Assembly: GCA_024653325.1 (NCBI GenBank)
Contig: JANLFX010000004.1
Location: 6,628-70,627, forward strand
DNA length: 64,000 nt
Reading direction: 5' to 3'
Source of the DNA: Anaerolineae bacterium
GTDB lineage: Bacteria > Chloroflexota > Anaerolineae > JACIWR01
Shown here piece after piece: positions 18,591 through 28,284 of the stretch (positions within the stretch are counted from its first letter, which is position 1; every line of letters begins with the position of its first letter). The notes under the pieces were generated by a model. The model did not search any database, was not told the DNA's origin, and saw only the letters and a list, made by a program, of their open reading frames with translations. The position numbers and the translations under genes were made by a program.

Positions 18591-19886
18591 ATGAATTACA
18601 TTGCCCATCTTATCCACTCCAAGGGCCTCGGCCAATTAGTTCATCGGGGGTTAGTCATTTCCCGGCATTATGGCGCAACGCCTGAAAAAATGATGCGGGC
18701 GTTCGACCAACTTATCGGTACATTGGAGCAATACGGATGTCGGGCGACATTTCCTGTCACCGCCGTGGCTCTGGCTAGGCATCCGACCCCTTTCCACCGG
18801 TTGCAGGAACGCGGGATGGAACTTGCCATTCATGGATGGACCCATGTGAACCTGGAACGCTACTCTTTAGAGCAGCAGCGTGAGCATCTGGCCAGGGCCA
18901 TGGACATCTTTGGCCGGTACCACATCCCGGTAAAAGGTTTTCGCTCCCCCTATTTGCGACATAACAGTACCATTCGTGAGACAGTTGAAGCGATGGGCCT
19001 TCGATACGTCAGCGATCAGCCTATACTCTGGGAAATAACTGCTGAGTCGCTCCGGTCCCTGGGGAGAAACCAGGCCTATCAGAGAGCTGTTGCCTTTTAT
19101 GCCCCCTGGTCATCGGTTGGCCATTTATCCCTGCCAGTCGTGCAAGGGCAAATTGTTGAAATCCCCGTGTCCTTGCCGGATGATGAGATGTTGGCCGAAC
19201 GGCTGGAAGCCGATAGCGACCAAATTGCGCAGATTTGGACGGAGATTCTACACCAGACCTACGTGAGGGAAGAACTGTTTACCATACAATTTCACCCAGA
19301 AAGAGCAACGATCTGCACCCCAGCTTTGAACCGTGTGCTGTCCGAGGCCCGATCCTACAATCCGCCTGTCTGGATTGCACGCCTGGATGAAATTGCCGGA
19401 TGGTGGCAACAACGGCAAGCACTCCGCATTGATGTGACGCAAGAAGACCCTGATCAATATAACATAGTCATCTATGGACCGACCCAGGCCAATGCTCTGG
19501 TCCGTTCTGCTCAAGTCATTGGTGACTCGACGGCCTGGGGAGACGGGTACCAATTGGTGAAATCGCGCTGCTTCTCAGTACGGTGCAATACTCGGCCCTT
19601 CATTGGCATCTCGAGACGGACCAGTCGCCCTCTGATCAATTTCTTGGAACAGCAAGGCTACCTGGTCGAAATCCACGACGAGTGCACCAGCTATCCGGTC
19701 CATCTTGACTGGCCGAATTTCACACAAGAGGATGAGGGACCCCTCATCCGGCAGATTGAGGCTACCCGATCTCCATTAATCCGCATCAGCCGCTGGCCGG
19801 GCGGCGCGCGCAGTGTCCTGACCATCACTGGCGATGTTGATGCGCTGACCCTGTGGGATTATGGCTTGCGCCTTTTCGGTAAGTAA
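18591..19886 (+). CDS. Polysaccharide deacetylase family (CE4-like) protein with divergent motif 1
   Basis: CE4 motif 2 (IHGWTH) and motif 3 (GFRSPYL) are present. Motif 1 (TFDDG) is replaced by TFPVT. Confidence 0.55.
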   Translation: MNYIAHLIHSKGLGQLVHRGLVISRHYGATPEKMMRAFDQLIGTLEQYGCRATFPVTAVALARHPTPFHRLQERGMELAIHGWTHVNLERYSLEQQREHLARAMDIFGRYHIPVKGFRSPYLRHNSTIRETVEAMGLRYVSDQPILWEITAESLRSLGRNQAYQRAVAFYAPWSSVGHLSLPVVQGQIVEIPVSLPDDEMLAERLEADSDQIAQIWTEILHQTYVREELFTIQFHPERATICTPALNRVLSEARSYNPPVWIARLDEIAGWWQQRQALRIDVTQEDPDQYNIVIYGPTQANALVRSAQVIGDSTAWGDGYQLVKSRCFSVRCNTRPFIGISRRTSRPLINFLEQQGYLVEIHDECTSYPVHLDWPNFTQEDEGPLIRQIEATRSPLIRISRWPGGARSVLTITGDVDALTLWDYGLRLFGK

Positions 19887-19899
19887 TGGACAGAGGGCG

Positions 19900-21084
19900 A
19901 TGAGGAAACGTGCCTGCATAGTCCGTCAAGATTATTTTCCTGAGGACCTGTTGGTCTACCGGGAGGCCGAAGCTTTGCAGGAAGCCGGCTTTGAGGTAGA
20001 TGTCATCTGCTTGTCTTCCTCTCAGCAGCCTCGAGAGGAGATTATCAATGACATTCATATCCACCGCTTACCGCTACAACGCAAGAAACGCGGCATCATC
20101 CGCTACCTGTTTGAATATTTCGCGTTCTTCCTTCTCGTGGCATTCAAGCTGACCGTTTTGCATCTCCAACAGCCCTACATACTCATTCAAGTCAACACCA
20201 TGCCTGATTTCTTAGTGTTTGCCACGTTGATTCCCCGTTTGCTGGGTGCCAAAGTGACGCTCCAGATGTACGAACCGATGCCAGAATTGTGGGCGACCAA
20301 ATTTCATTTTCCACCGGTCATCAGGCTTCTCGAGGTCATTCAGCAGGCGAGTCTACGCTACGCTCATGCCGCCTTTACTGTAAACCAGCAGCTCAAAGAT
20401 ACCCTGGTTGCGCGTGGAGCAGATCCAGCTAAAATCACCGTCGTACTGAATGTTCCTCAGGGACAATTCTTCGAAAGGTATGAATCCGAACCTTCCCCCT
20501 CCTCCGACGGCTACTTTACGTTGATCTGCCATGGCGCCATAGAAGAGCGGTACGGTCACGATACCATGCTGGAAGCCATTCACGCTCTCAAGTCGGTTAT
20601 TCCCAACATTCGCCTGCGCATCCTGGGCAAGGGGAGCTACTTGCAGGAGATTCTCGCTCGGATTGAGGCTCTGGACTTGAGCGACCAGGTGCAGTATCTG
20701 GGCTTTGTTCCCCTACCTCAGTTGGTGGAGGAGCTACGCAGGGCAGATGTAGGCATAGTGGCGCAAAAGTCTTCACCCTATTCTAATCTGGTCCACACAG
20801 GTAAGATGTACGATTACCTGCATTTCGGCAAACCAGTCATCGCTTCCCGCTTGAGAGCAGTGAATGCTTATTTTGACGAAGCAAGTTTGTGCTACTTTGC
20901 CCCAAGCGAGCCTCAAGACCTGGCGCGCGCTATCCAGTATCTCTATGAACACCCGGAGGCGCGAGAGACCTTTGCCAGGAATGCGCGCCAGCTCTACGAA
21001 CGCTATCGTTGGGAAAATCAGAAGCCAACCTATATTGCGGTTTGCCAAGCGCTGGTTGATCAGAACATCCGCAAGATTTCTTAA
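19900..21084 (+). CDS. Glycosyltransferase family 4 (WbuB/WcaI-like)
   Basis: N-terminus MRKRACIVRQDYFPED…REAEALQEAGFEVDVICL and C-terminal …GKMYDYLHFGKPVIAS… are typical of GT4. Confidence 0.75.
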   Translation: MRKRACIVRQDYFPEDLLVYREAEALQEAGFEVDVICLSSSQQPREEIINDIHIHRLPLQRKKRGIIRYLFEYFAFFLLVAFKLTVLHLQQPYILIQVNTMPDFLVFATLIPRLLGAKVTLQMYEPMPELWATKFHFPPVIRLLEVIQQASLRYAHAAFTVNQQLKDTLVARGADPAKITVVLNVPQGQFFERYESEPSPSSDGYFTLICHGAIEERYGHDTMLEAIHALKSVIPNIRLRILGKGSYLQEILARIEALDLSDQVQYLGFVPLPQLVEELRRADVGIVAQKSSPYSNLVHTGKMYDYLHFGKPVIASRLRAVNAYFDEASLCYFAPSEPQDLARAIQYLYEHPEARETFARNARQLYERYRWENQKPTYIAVCQALVDQNIRKIS

Positions 21085-21202
21085 GCCTGGACTCCAGCGA
21101 AACTCTCTTCCTGCTCCCAACGGGTCTGTGACCCGCCAGACACCAGTCGCAGACCGGCCTTGTGACGAAAGACGCCATTTTCTTCATGAAAGGACTTACC
21201 TG

Positions 21203-22519
21203 GTGAAGATTAGCATTTTTGGATTGGGCTACGTGGGATCTGTATCGGCAGGTTGCCTAGCCGCATTGGGCCATGAGGTGATCGGCGTTGACGTGAACCC
21301 GATGAAGGTTGCAATGATCAACGCCAGCCAGAGCCCGGTTATTGAAACAGAGCTGGACGCCCTCATCGCCGAGGGAGTCAGAATTGGCCGGCTCCGCGCC
21401 AGCACTGACGCCAATGAAGCCATTGCCGCTTCCGAAGTCTCGCTGATCTGTGTGGGCACCCCCAGCAACGACAATGGAGATCTGAACCTGACCTATGTGG
21501 AGCGAGTATGCCGCGAGATCGGCCATGCCTTAGCTGAGAAAAACGGCTATCACGTGGTTGTTGTGCGCAGCACTCTGTTGCCCGGTTGCACCGAGGAAAA
21601 GATCATTCCCCTTCTTGAGAGATCTTCAGGGCGTCAGGCAGGGCGAGACTTTGGCGTTTCTTTCAACCCGGAGTTTCTGCGCGAAGGAACGGCCGTGCAT
21701 GACTTCTACTATCCCCCCTTTACCCTGATCGGACAGTATGACAGCCAGGGAGCCGAAATAGCTGCTGTCTTATACACAGGCATTGACGCCCCGTTGTTGA
21801 TTGTCCCGATAAAAGTCGCGGAGATGGTCAAGTACGCCAATAACGCCTTCCACGCCCTGAAGGTCGCTTTTGCCAATGAGATTGGCAACATCTGCAAGCG
21901 CCAGGGGATAGACGGTCACCAAGTCATGGATATTTTTTGTCTCGACAAGAAATTGAACCTGTCCTCACACTATCTTAAGCCAGGTTTTGCCTTTGGCGGC
22001 TCCTGCCTGCCCAAGGACTTGCGGGCCCTGCTCTACCACGCCCATCGTCTGGACCTGAACGTGCCTGTCCTGGAAGCTATTTTGCCGAGTAACGCTCTGC
22101 AGGTCAAGCGAGGCTTTGAGTTAATCAAGCAGACGGGAAAGAAGAAAATTGGAGTGCTGGGCTTCAGCTTCAAAGCCGGTACTGATGACTTGCGGGAAAG
22201 CCCGGTGGTGGAACTAATCGAAATCCTCATTGGCAAGGGTTATCAAGTCAGGGTCTACGACAAGAATGTCTTGCTGGCCCGCTTGCATGGATCAAACCGG
22301 ACTTACATCGAGCGGGAAATCCCCCACATCGCTACATTGATGCGTTCCTCGATGGAAGAGGTATTGGCTGAAAGTGAGGTCATCGTCATCGGCAACAAAG
22401 CTCCCGAGTTTCGCCAGGCGCTCCAGCAACTGCACCAGGATCAGATGATCATTGACCTGGTGCGAATATCACAAGACATTGATTCATCGCCTGCCCGGTA
22501 TGAAGGCATTTGCTGGTAA
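21203..22519 (+). CDS. algD: Nucleotide-sugar 6-dehydrogenase, GDP-mannose 6-dehydrogenase (AlgD-type)
   Basis: VKISIFGLGYVGSVSAGCLAALGHEVIGVDV… Rossmann N-terminus and catalytic GFAFGGSCLPKD. End-to-end resemblance to P. aeruginosa AlgD as recalled from memory, including the C-terminal …EGICW. GTG start with AAAGGA RBS. The longer ORF from 20864 is rejected as an N-extension. Confidence 0.8.
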   Translation: MKISIFGLGYVGSVSAGCLAALGHEVIGVDVNPMKVAMINASQSPVIETELDALIAEGVRIGRLRASTDANEAIAASEVSLICVGTPSNDNGDLNLTYVERVCREIGHALAEKNGYHVVVVRSTLLPGCTEEKIIPLLERSSGRQAGRDFGVSFNPEFLREGTAVHDFYYPPFTLIGQYDSQGAEIAAVLYTGIDAPLLIVPIKVAEMVKYANNAFHALKVAFANEIGNICKRQGIDGHQVMDIFCLDKKLNLSSHYLKPGFAFGGSCLPKDLRALLYHAHRLDLNVPVLEAILPSNALQVKRGFELIKQTGKKKIGVLGFSFKAGTDDLRESPVVELIEILIGKGYQVRVYDKNVLLARLHGSNRTYIEREIPHIATLMRSSMEEVLAESEVIVIGNKAPEFRQALQQLHQDQMIIDLVRISQDIDSSPARYEGICW

Positions 22520-22548
22520 GAATAATTGGTAGCCAAGAGATTCAAACT

Positions 22549-23562
22549 ATGAAAGTTGTTCAGCGGTTAGACGAGCCCTCGTGGCGAGCTTTTGTAGATA
22601 ACCACCCACAGGGCAACATCTTCCACACCCCGGAAATGTTTCAGGTCTTCGCACGAGCCAAAGGGCATCGGCCAACGCTGTGGGCGACCACCGATGACGA
22701 CGGTCAGGTGTTGGCTTTGTTGCTGCCGGTGCAAATCACATTGAAAGGCGGCCCCCTGCGCCGTCTGACCACCCGTGCCGTAGTTTATGGCAGTGTATTA
22801 TGTGCTCCCGGCCCAGAAGGACAGGAAGCCCTGGCCCTGCTGCTGCGTACTTACACCCAGCAAGTAAACGGAGCGCCGCTCTTCACCGAACTGCGTAACC
22901 TATCGGATCTGACAGCAGTGCAACCCATCTTACAGACCCACGGTTTCGCCTACGAGGATCACCTGAACTATCTCATCAACTTGACTCTGCCGCCAGAGAC
23001 TTTGTTTCAGAACATCGGGGCCCGAACGCGCAAACACATCCGCCGCGCCCTAAGGCAAGGGGAGGTGGTGATTGAAGAGGTCACCAAACGAGAACAAATA
23101 GCCACCTGCTATGATTTCCTCTGCCGCACCTATCGGGCGGCCCGCGTTCCCCTCGCTGACCGTTCTCTGTTTGAAACCGCTTTTGACGTGCTCCATCCTA
23201 AAGGCATGGTACGGTTCACCGTGGCCCGTGTGGGTCAAATACCCGTGGTCACTTCGGTAGAGCTGTTGTATAAGGACACGGTCTATGGCTGGTATGGCGG
23301 CGTGGACCGTGCTTATAGCTCCTACCGACCCAACGAGCTCCTGATGTGGCATATTCTGCAGTGGAGTGCCGAAAATAATTATAAGGTCTACGATTTCGGC
23401 GGTGCGGGCAAGCCAAATGAGAAATACGGGGTGCGCGATTTCAAGGCCAAGTTCGGTGGTACCCTGGTCAATTATGGACGCAATACCTATGTCCATAACC
23501 GTTATCTGCTGCACCTGAGCGCTTTGGGATATCGAGTTTACCGTGGTTTGAAAAGACTATGA
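22549..23562 (+). CDS. FemAB-family / acyl-CoA N-acyltransferase-fold (aminoacyl-transferase-like) protein
   Basis: Size and N-terminus (MKVVQRLDEPSWRAFVDNHPQGNIFHTPEMFQVF) resemble FemAB-like proteins found in EPS loci. This is a family-level call only. Confidence 0.5.
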   Translation: MKVVQRLDEPSWRAFVDNHPQGNIFHTPEMFQVFARAKGHRPTLWATTDDDGQVLALLLPVQITLKGGPLRRLTTRAVVYGSVLCAPGPEGQEALALLLRTYTQQVNGAPLFTELRNLSDLTAVQPILQTHGFAYEDHLNYLINLTLPPETLFQNIGARTRKHIRRALRQGEVVIEEVTKREQIATCYDFLCRTYRAARVPLADRSLFETAFDVLHPKGMVRFTVARVGQIPVVTSVELLYKDTVYGWYGGVDRAYSSYRPNELLMWHILQWSAENNYKVYDFGGAGKPNEKYGVRDFKAKFGGTLVNYGRNTYVHNRYLLHLSALGYRVYRGLKRL

Positions 23563-24206
23563 TTCACGCCTGGGAAGTGTTCAAACGCCTCTCCTATGAC
23601 TGGAAGGAAAAGATACAACGAGAGGGCTGGCGGGGAGCCAGTCGCTGGCTGATTGAAGTCCTTGCCCTGCTGCCTTACCGCCACATAGAATACATCGTTT
23701 TCGTCCGTTCCCTGCGCGAGCCGTTGCCCGTTGTCACGCCACGCCTGCCCGTGACTCTGCGACCGGCAACGGAGGCCGACCTGACGCGTTTTCAGGGCCT
23801 GGTGCCACCCTCGGAAATCAGGTACTTCAGCCAGCGGCTGGCTCACGCTCGCCATTGTTTTCTGGCCCTCGACGGCGAGCAACTGGCTGCCTATTGCTGG
23901 GCAACTACTCAGGTGGAGTCCCATGTGGACAATCTCGAGCTGAAATTGCAGCCTGGCGATGTCTATGTAGACGATGCCTTCACTGTACCAGCTTATCGCC
24001 GGCAAGGCATCCAGACCGCCGTACATTTGTATCGCCTGCAATACATGAAAGACCGGGGCTGCCAGCGGGCCATCCTGATCGTGAGTGAAGACAACGTTGC
24101 CTCCCAGCAATTGGTCCGCAAGCTGGGCTATCAAGAGATAGACCGCTTGTCCTTCCGGCGAATTCTATGGAAGCGAATCTACCACTACCACTCAGGTAAA
24201 CTTTAG
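23559..24206 (+). CDS. GNAT family N-acetyltransferase
   Basis: …RRQGIQTAVHLYRLQYMKDRGCQRAILIVSEDNVASQQLVRKLGY… matches GNAT motif A/B. Start overlaps the upstream stop (ATGA). Confidence 0.8.
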   Translation: MIHAWEVFKRLSYDWKEKIQREGWRGASRWLIEVLALLPYRHIEYIVFVRSLREPLPVVTPRLPVTLRPATEADLTRFQGLVPPSEIRYFSQRLAHARHCFLALDGEQLAAYCWATTQVESHVDNLELKLQPGDVYVDDAFTVPAYRRQGIQTAVHLYRLQYMKDRGCQRAILIVSEDNVASQQLVRKLGYQEIDRLSFRRILWKRIYHYHSGKL

Positions 24207-24385
24207 ATCAAAGTACAAGTTAGACCAAAGCGAATGGGGAAACCAAAATCTGGCATCAAGCTCAAATGTGTGAGGGGCAACTTTTTGCAGGTTTCGTGGG
24301 AAGCTGAATTTGCCAAAACACGGTCAGAATGATAAAATACTGACCACCTGTTCCTGGTAGAGCGAGGCATGCCTCGCCCTTACTC

Positions 24386-24462
24386 GCCCCAGTAGCTCAG
24401 CTGGACAGAGCAACTGCCTTCTAAGCAGTGGGTCGCGCGTTCGAATCGCGCCTGGGGTGCCA
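24386..24462 (+). tRNA. tRNA-Arg (anticodon TCT)
   Basis: Folded by hand. Acceptor GCCCCAG/CTGGGGT, D-arm GCTC-AGCTGGACA-GAGC, anticodon stem ACTGC/GCAGT with loop CTTCTAA, variable GGGTC, T-arm GCGCG-TTCGAAT-CGCGC, discriminator G, encoded CCA. Confidence 0.85.
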
Positions 24463-24615
24463 TATCTCCCGCAGGTGCCTACGTGCCTGCGGGTAACTGC
24501 TGCTCAGCCGGGTAGTCGGTTTGCCACCTGCCCTCTCCGTCAGCGAACAGCCACCGAATAAACGAATGCCCGACCATTCGTTTATTCGTTCTACATTCGT
24601 TGACAGCAGACGGCA

Positions 24616-26967
24616 ATGCTTTTGACCAATCCGCGGTCGTTTTGCACAAATTCGGTTATCAGTTCAGTGACTGAAACAACCTGGCTCGATCCCCAACCAA
24701 CCTCTGTGCCACCAGCGCTGCATGAAGCCGTCGGCGGTCACCCCCTGGTAGCGGAAATGCTGGCCCGGCGGGGTGTCCTTACAGCAGCCCAGGCGCGCGC
24801 TTTCCTCGACTCTGATGCTTATTTGCCTGCTTCCCCCTATGAGCTGCCCGACCTTTCCCGCGCTGTAGAACGTATTGAGATAGCCGTTAACCGTGGTGAG
24901 CGGATATGCGTGTGGGGCGATTTCGACGTGGACGGCCAGACGGCGACGGCGGTGCTCGTCGAGGCCCTGCGTGCCCGAGGCGCGAATGTCATCTACCACA
25001 TTCCCAACCGCCGTGAGTCGCATGGCATCCATCGCCCGGTTTTGGAACGGATTATCGCTACCGGCACACGGCTGCTCGTCACCTGTGACACCGGCAGCAC
25101 TGCTCACGAGGCCATTGCCTACGCCAAGACCCAGGACGTAGACGTGATCGTCACCGATCACCACGACCTGCCGCCTGAGTTTCCCCCCGCCTATGCCCTG
25201 ATCAACCCCAAACGTCTGCCTGCCCACCATCCTCTACACGAGCTGCCTGGCGTGGGTACTGCTTACAAGTTGGTCGAGGCCTTGTACGCCAGCGGCGGAC
25301 AGCCATCGGAGGCCGCTCGTGCGCTGGACCTGGTGGCCCTGGGCGTGGTCGCCGACGTAGCCACGCTGACCGGTGACGTGCGCTATCTGCTGCAAAAGGG
25401 ACTGGAGGTGCTGCGTCACACCGAACGTCTGGGCCTGCAAGCCCTGTTCCAGTGCGCGGAATTGAACCCTGCCGGCCTGACGGAGGACCATATTGCTTTC
25501 ATCCTGGCTCCTCGCCTGAACGCCTTGGGCCGCCTGGCAGAGGCCACTATCGCCGTCGAGCTGTTCACTACAGATGATTTGACCCGCGCGCGAACCATCG
25601 CCAGCGAGACGGAGGGCTTGAACAGCCAACGCCAGTTGCTCACCAAACAAGTCCTCGACGCGGCCCTGGCGCAGATCGCGCGCGATTCTTCTTTGCGGGA
25701 ATCCAGCGTCCTGGTGCTGACTCATCCGACGTGGTCAGCGGGTGTCATAGGCATCGTCGCCGGTCGGCTGGCAGAGCGGTTTGGCAAACCCGCTGTGCTG
25801 ATCAGCGCGCCGCCGGGGGAACTGGCCCGCGGCTCGGCCCGCTCTGTCCCCGGCTGTGACATCCACGCCGCCATCGCTGCCCAGGCCCCCCTGCTTCACC
25901 GTTTCGGCGGTCACCCTATGGCCGCCGGATTCTCCATTGAGGCGGAGCGCATCCCCGAATTCCGCGCTGCCCTGGCCCGCACCATCGAGGCCATGACCGG
26001 TGGCACGCTGACCCGCCAACCGTTGCAGATAGACGCTTATTTATCGCTATCCAACCTCTCCCTCGATTTGGTGGCTCAACTGAACCGCTTGGCTCCCTTC
26101 GGGCCAGGCAATCCACCAGTGTGCCTGGCCACGCGTAACCTGCGCATCATCAACGCGACAACCATCGGGCGCACCGACGAACATCGCAAGCTGCTGGTCG
26201 AGGACGAGGCCGGCACAACCCAGACTGTGCTCTGGTGGCAAGGAGCGGATTGGCCTTTGCCAGAGGGGCCCTTTGACCTGGCCTACACCGCCCGGGCCAG
26301 CGATTATCAGGGACAGCCAGAGCTCGAACTGGAGTGGCTGGCCGCGCGGGAGGCAGAACGGCCATCCGTTGTTGTGCAGGGGGCTGCACCAGCCATCGAG
26401 ATCATAGATTATCGGCGCGCCTCGGAACCAGAGGCTCTGCTCCGCCAGTTGCTTGCCAGTGAAGGCATTCAAGTGTGGGCTGAAGGAAAAGTGCCCCACG
26501 GTGTGCCAGGCCTGAGCCGCGATGTCCTGTCGGCGGGGGAGACATTGGTGATCTGGAGCGTGCCGCCCGGCCCAGATGAACTGCAGGCTGTGATAAAGCG
26601 AGTTTCGCCACAGCGGGTGATCCTGTTTGCCACAAATCCAGGGATGGATGAGCCGATGACGTTTCTGCAGCGACTGGCCGGCTTGGTGCGGCATAGCCTG
26701 CGAGTCCGTGAAGGACAGACGAGCTTATCGGCGCTGGCTGCCGCCACCGCTCAACGCGAGACAACGGTGCAGGCTGGCCTTCAATGGCTGGCGGCAAAAG
26801 GGCAGGTACGCATTATCGCCAACACAGGCCATCAGGTGACTTTGGCCGCCGGCGACGGTCAGCGTTCCGCGGAGGTGGAACACTGGCTGCATCGCGTCGT
26901 TGCTCTACTGGAGGAAACGGCGGCCTATCGTGCCTACTTCGCCCGGGCGGACACACCGATCTTGTAG
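24616..26967 (+). CDS. recJ: Single-stranded-DNA-specific exonuclease RecJ (DHH/DHHA1)
   Basis: …ICVWGDFDVDGQTATAVL…, …VIVTDHHD…, plus the GHPMAAGF DHHA1 motif. True start may be downstream of 24616. Confidence 0.9.
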   Translation: MLLTNPRSFCTNSVISSVTETTWLDPQPTSVPPALHEAVGGHPLVAEMLARRGVLTAAQARAFLDSDAYLPASPYELPDLSRAVERIEIAVNRGERICVWGDFDVDGQTATAVLVEALRARGANVIYHIPNRRESHGIHRPVLERIIATGTRLLVTCDTGSTAHEAIAYAKTQDVDVIVTDHHDLPPEFPPAYALINPKRLPAHHPLHELPGVGTAYKLVEALYASGGQPSEAARALDLVALGVVADVATLTGDVRYLLQKGLEVLRHTERLGLQALFQCAELNPAGLTEDHIAFILAPRLNALGRLAEATIAVELFTTDDLTRARTIASETEGLNSQRQLLTKQVLDAALAQIARDSSLRESSVLVLTHPTWSAGVIGIVAGRLAERFGKPAVLISAPPGELARGSARSVPGCDIHAAIAAQAPLLHRFGGHPMAAGFSIEAERIPEFRAALARTIEAMTGGTLTRQPLQIDAYLSLSNLSLDLVAQLNRLAPFGPGNPPVCLATRNLRIINATTIGRTDEHRKLLVEDEAGTTQTVLWWQGADWPLPEGPFDLAYTARASDYQGQPELELEWLAAREAERPSVVVQGAAPAIEIIDYRRASEPEALLRQLLASEGIQVWAEGKVPHGVPGLSRDVLSAGETLVIWSVPPGPDELQAVIKRVSPQRVILFATNPGMDEPMTFLQRLAGLVRHSLRVREGQTSLSALAAATAQRETTVQAGLQWLAAKGQVRIIANTGHQVTLAAGDGQRSAEVEHWLHRVVALLEETAAYRAYFARADTPIL

Positions 26968-27013
26968 GATAAGCTTAAGTTTGTCCTACATCAATGATAC
27001 AAAGGTCGTGATC

Positions 27014-27487
27014 ATGGTGGAGAAAACGAATGCCATGCGGGTACTGGATGCCCACAAAGTACCCTACGAGATCATCACCTTCTCGCCGGACATCCATTCC
27101 GCCGAGGGAGTGGCCGAGGCGGTGGGTATCTCGCCAGCAGAGGTGTACAAGACACTGGTCGTGAGCCGCGAGCACGGCAAACCGCTGCTGGTAATGATCG
27201 CCGGAGATCGTGAATTGGACCTAAAACGGATGGCCCGAGCTGTGGGGGAGAAAAAACTCAAGATGGCCACCTACCGCCAGGCCGAGGAATTGACTGGCTT
27301 GCAAGTGGGGGGCATTTCACCTCTGGCGTTGCTCAACCGTGGGTTCGAGGTTTACATTGATCGCCCGGCGACAGAACTCTCTCACGTGTACGTTAGCGCC
27401 GGACGGCGGGGGATCAACCTGCGGGTGCCGGTCAAAGACCTGATAGCGATTACCAAAGCGAAAGTGGTTGAAGCCACGGGGGAGTAA
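27014..27487 (+). CDS. YbaK/ProX-type aminoacyl-tRNA deacylase (Cys-tRNA(Pro) deacylase-like)
   Basis: MVEKTNAMRVLDAHKVPYEIITF… and …LQVGGISPL… are typical of YbaK domain. Confidence 0.7.
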   Translation: MVEKTNAMRVLDAHKVPYEIITFSPDIHSAEGVAEAVGISPAEVYKTLVVSREHGKPLLVMIAGDRELDLKRMARAVGEKKLKMATYRQAEELTGLQVGGISPLALLNRGFEVYIDRPATELSHVYVSAGRRGINLRVPVKDLIAITKAKVVEATGE

Positions 27488-27530
27488 AAGAACAAAGGTG
27501 CGACGCACTTGGGAAGTGCGTACCTTGTGC

Positions 27531-27941
27531 TCAAGCGACTTTCCGCTTTCTGAAAAGTCTGGCTAACCAGCGTTCTTGTTCTTTCAACACTTCCTCCAGC
27601 GGCTGGACATCGAACGCAGGGCCCAGCCCCACCCGATCGGGCACGGGCACGGGAAGTTTGTAGGCCCGCCAGAACAGTCTGTTCGCGCAGGAAAAGATGA
27701 CCAGGCCGTTCCCGTCCTTCCCTCCATTGGTCTCCAAATACGTCTTTACCAGGTCCAGATCATCGCGCAGTGTGGACTCTTTACCGTTTCCATCCAGATA
27801 CGGAGCTATGCAACGCCTGAAAGTCTCGTAGGCATTTTGCTTTTTCTCTGGGGTGTCGAGTTGGAGATACACGCTCAAAGCCAGACTATCCCGTCCATCA
27901 AACTCCTTTAACGCCTTTAACTCTTTCCTGGAAATCATCAT
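27531..27941 (-). CDS. Hypothetical protein (136 aa)
   Basis: Strong RBS (GGAGGAGG-tca-ATG) on the minus strand. No family confidently recognised. Faintly resembles the N-domain of release-factor-like (baeRF) proteins. Confidence 0.5.
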   Translation of the reverse strand: MMISRKELKALKEFDGRDSLALSVYLQLDTPEKKQNAYETFRRCIAPYLDGNGKESTLRDDLDLVKTYLETNGGKDGNGLVIFSCANRLFWRAYKLPVPVPDRVGLGPAFDVQPLEEVLKEQERWLARLFRKRKVA

Positions 27942-28284
27942 TGACCTCCTCCTGACCTAATACTGAAGAAGAAACAGGCCAGTCCTGCATACACAGGTTT
28001 GGCCTGTTGTATTTCGCACAATTCACCCTTATCCCCTCGTGAGTGTGGAGGAATCGGGTTGGAATGCATTGAATTGATAAGATTGAGCGGACTGGGTGAA
28101 CAAGCATATGACTTATTTGACAAGATGAACTCCGTTGTTCTCTTGTGCTTAAGGAACTGCCAGATCGGCATTATAAGTATAACATAGTTCCAATGAGCTG
28201 TCAAGGGCGATTTGCTCCAGTTTTGGAGCAGATTGAGTTCATAATGGCTAAACCGACATTTGCATGAACCCCGTGACTGGCAGA

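Noticed and set aside
20864-21202. 5' extension of the dehydrogenase ORF (551-aa version starting at 20864)
   Set aside because: The extension overlaps the 3' end of the upstream GT4 gene in another frame and has no dehydrogenase similarity. The Rossmann GxGxxG lies right after the GTG at 21203, which has an AAAGGA RBS.
1-24462. Calling the glycan cluster a tRNA-integrated genomic island
   Set aside because: No integrase, att direct repeat or transposase flanks the cluster in the window. The tRNA adjacency alone is insufficient.
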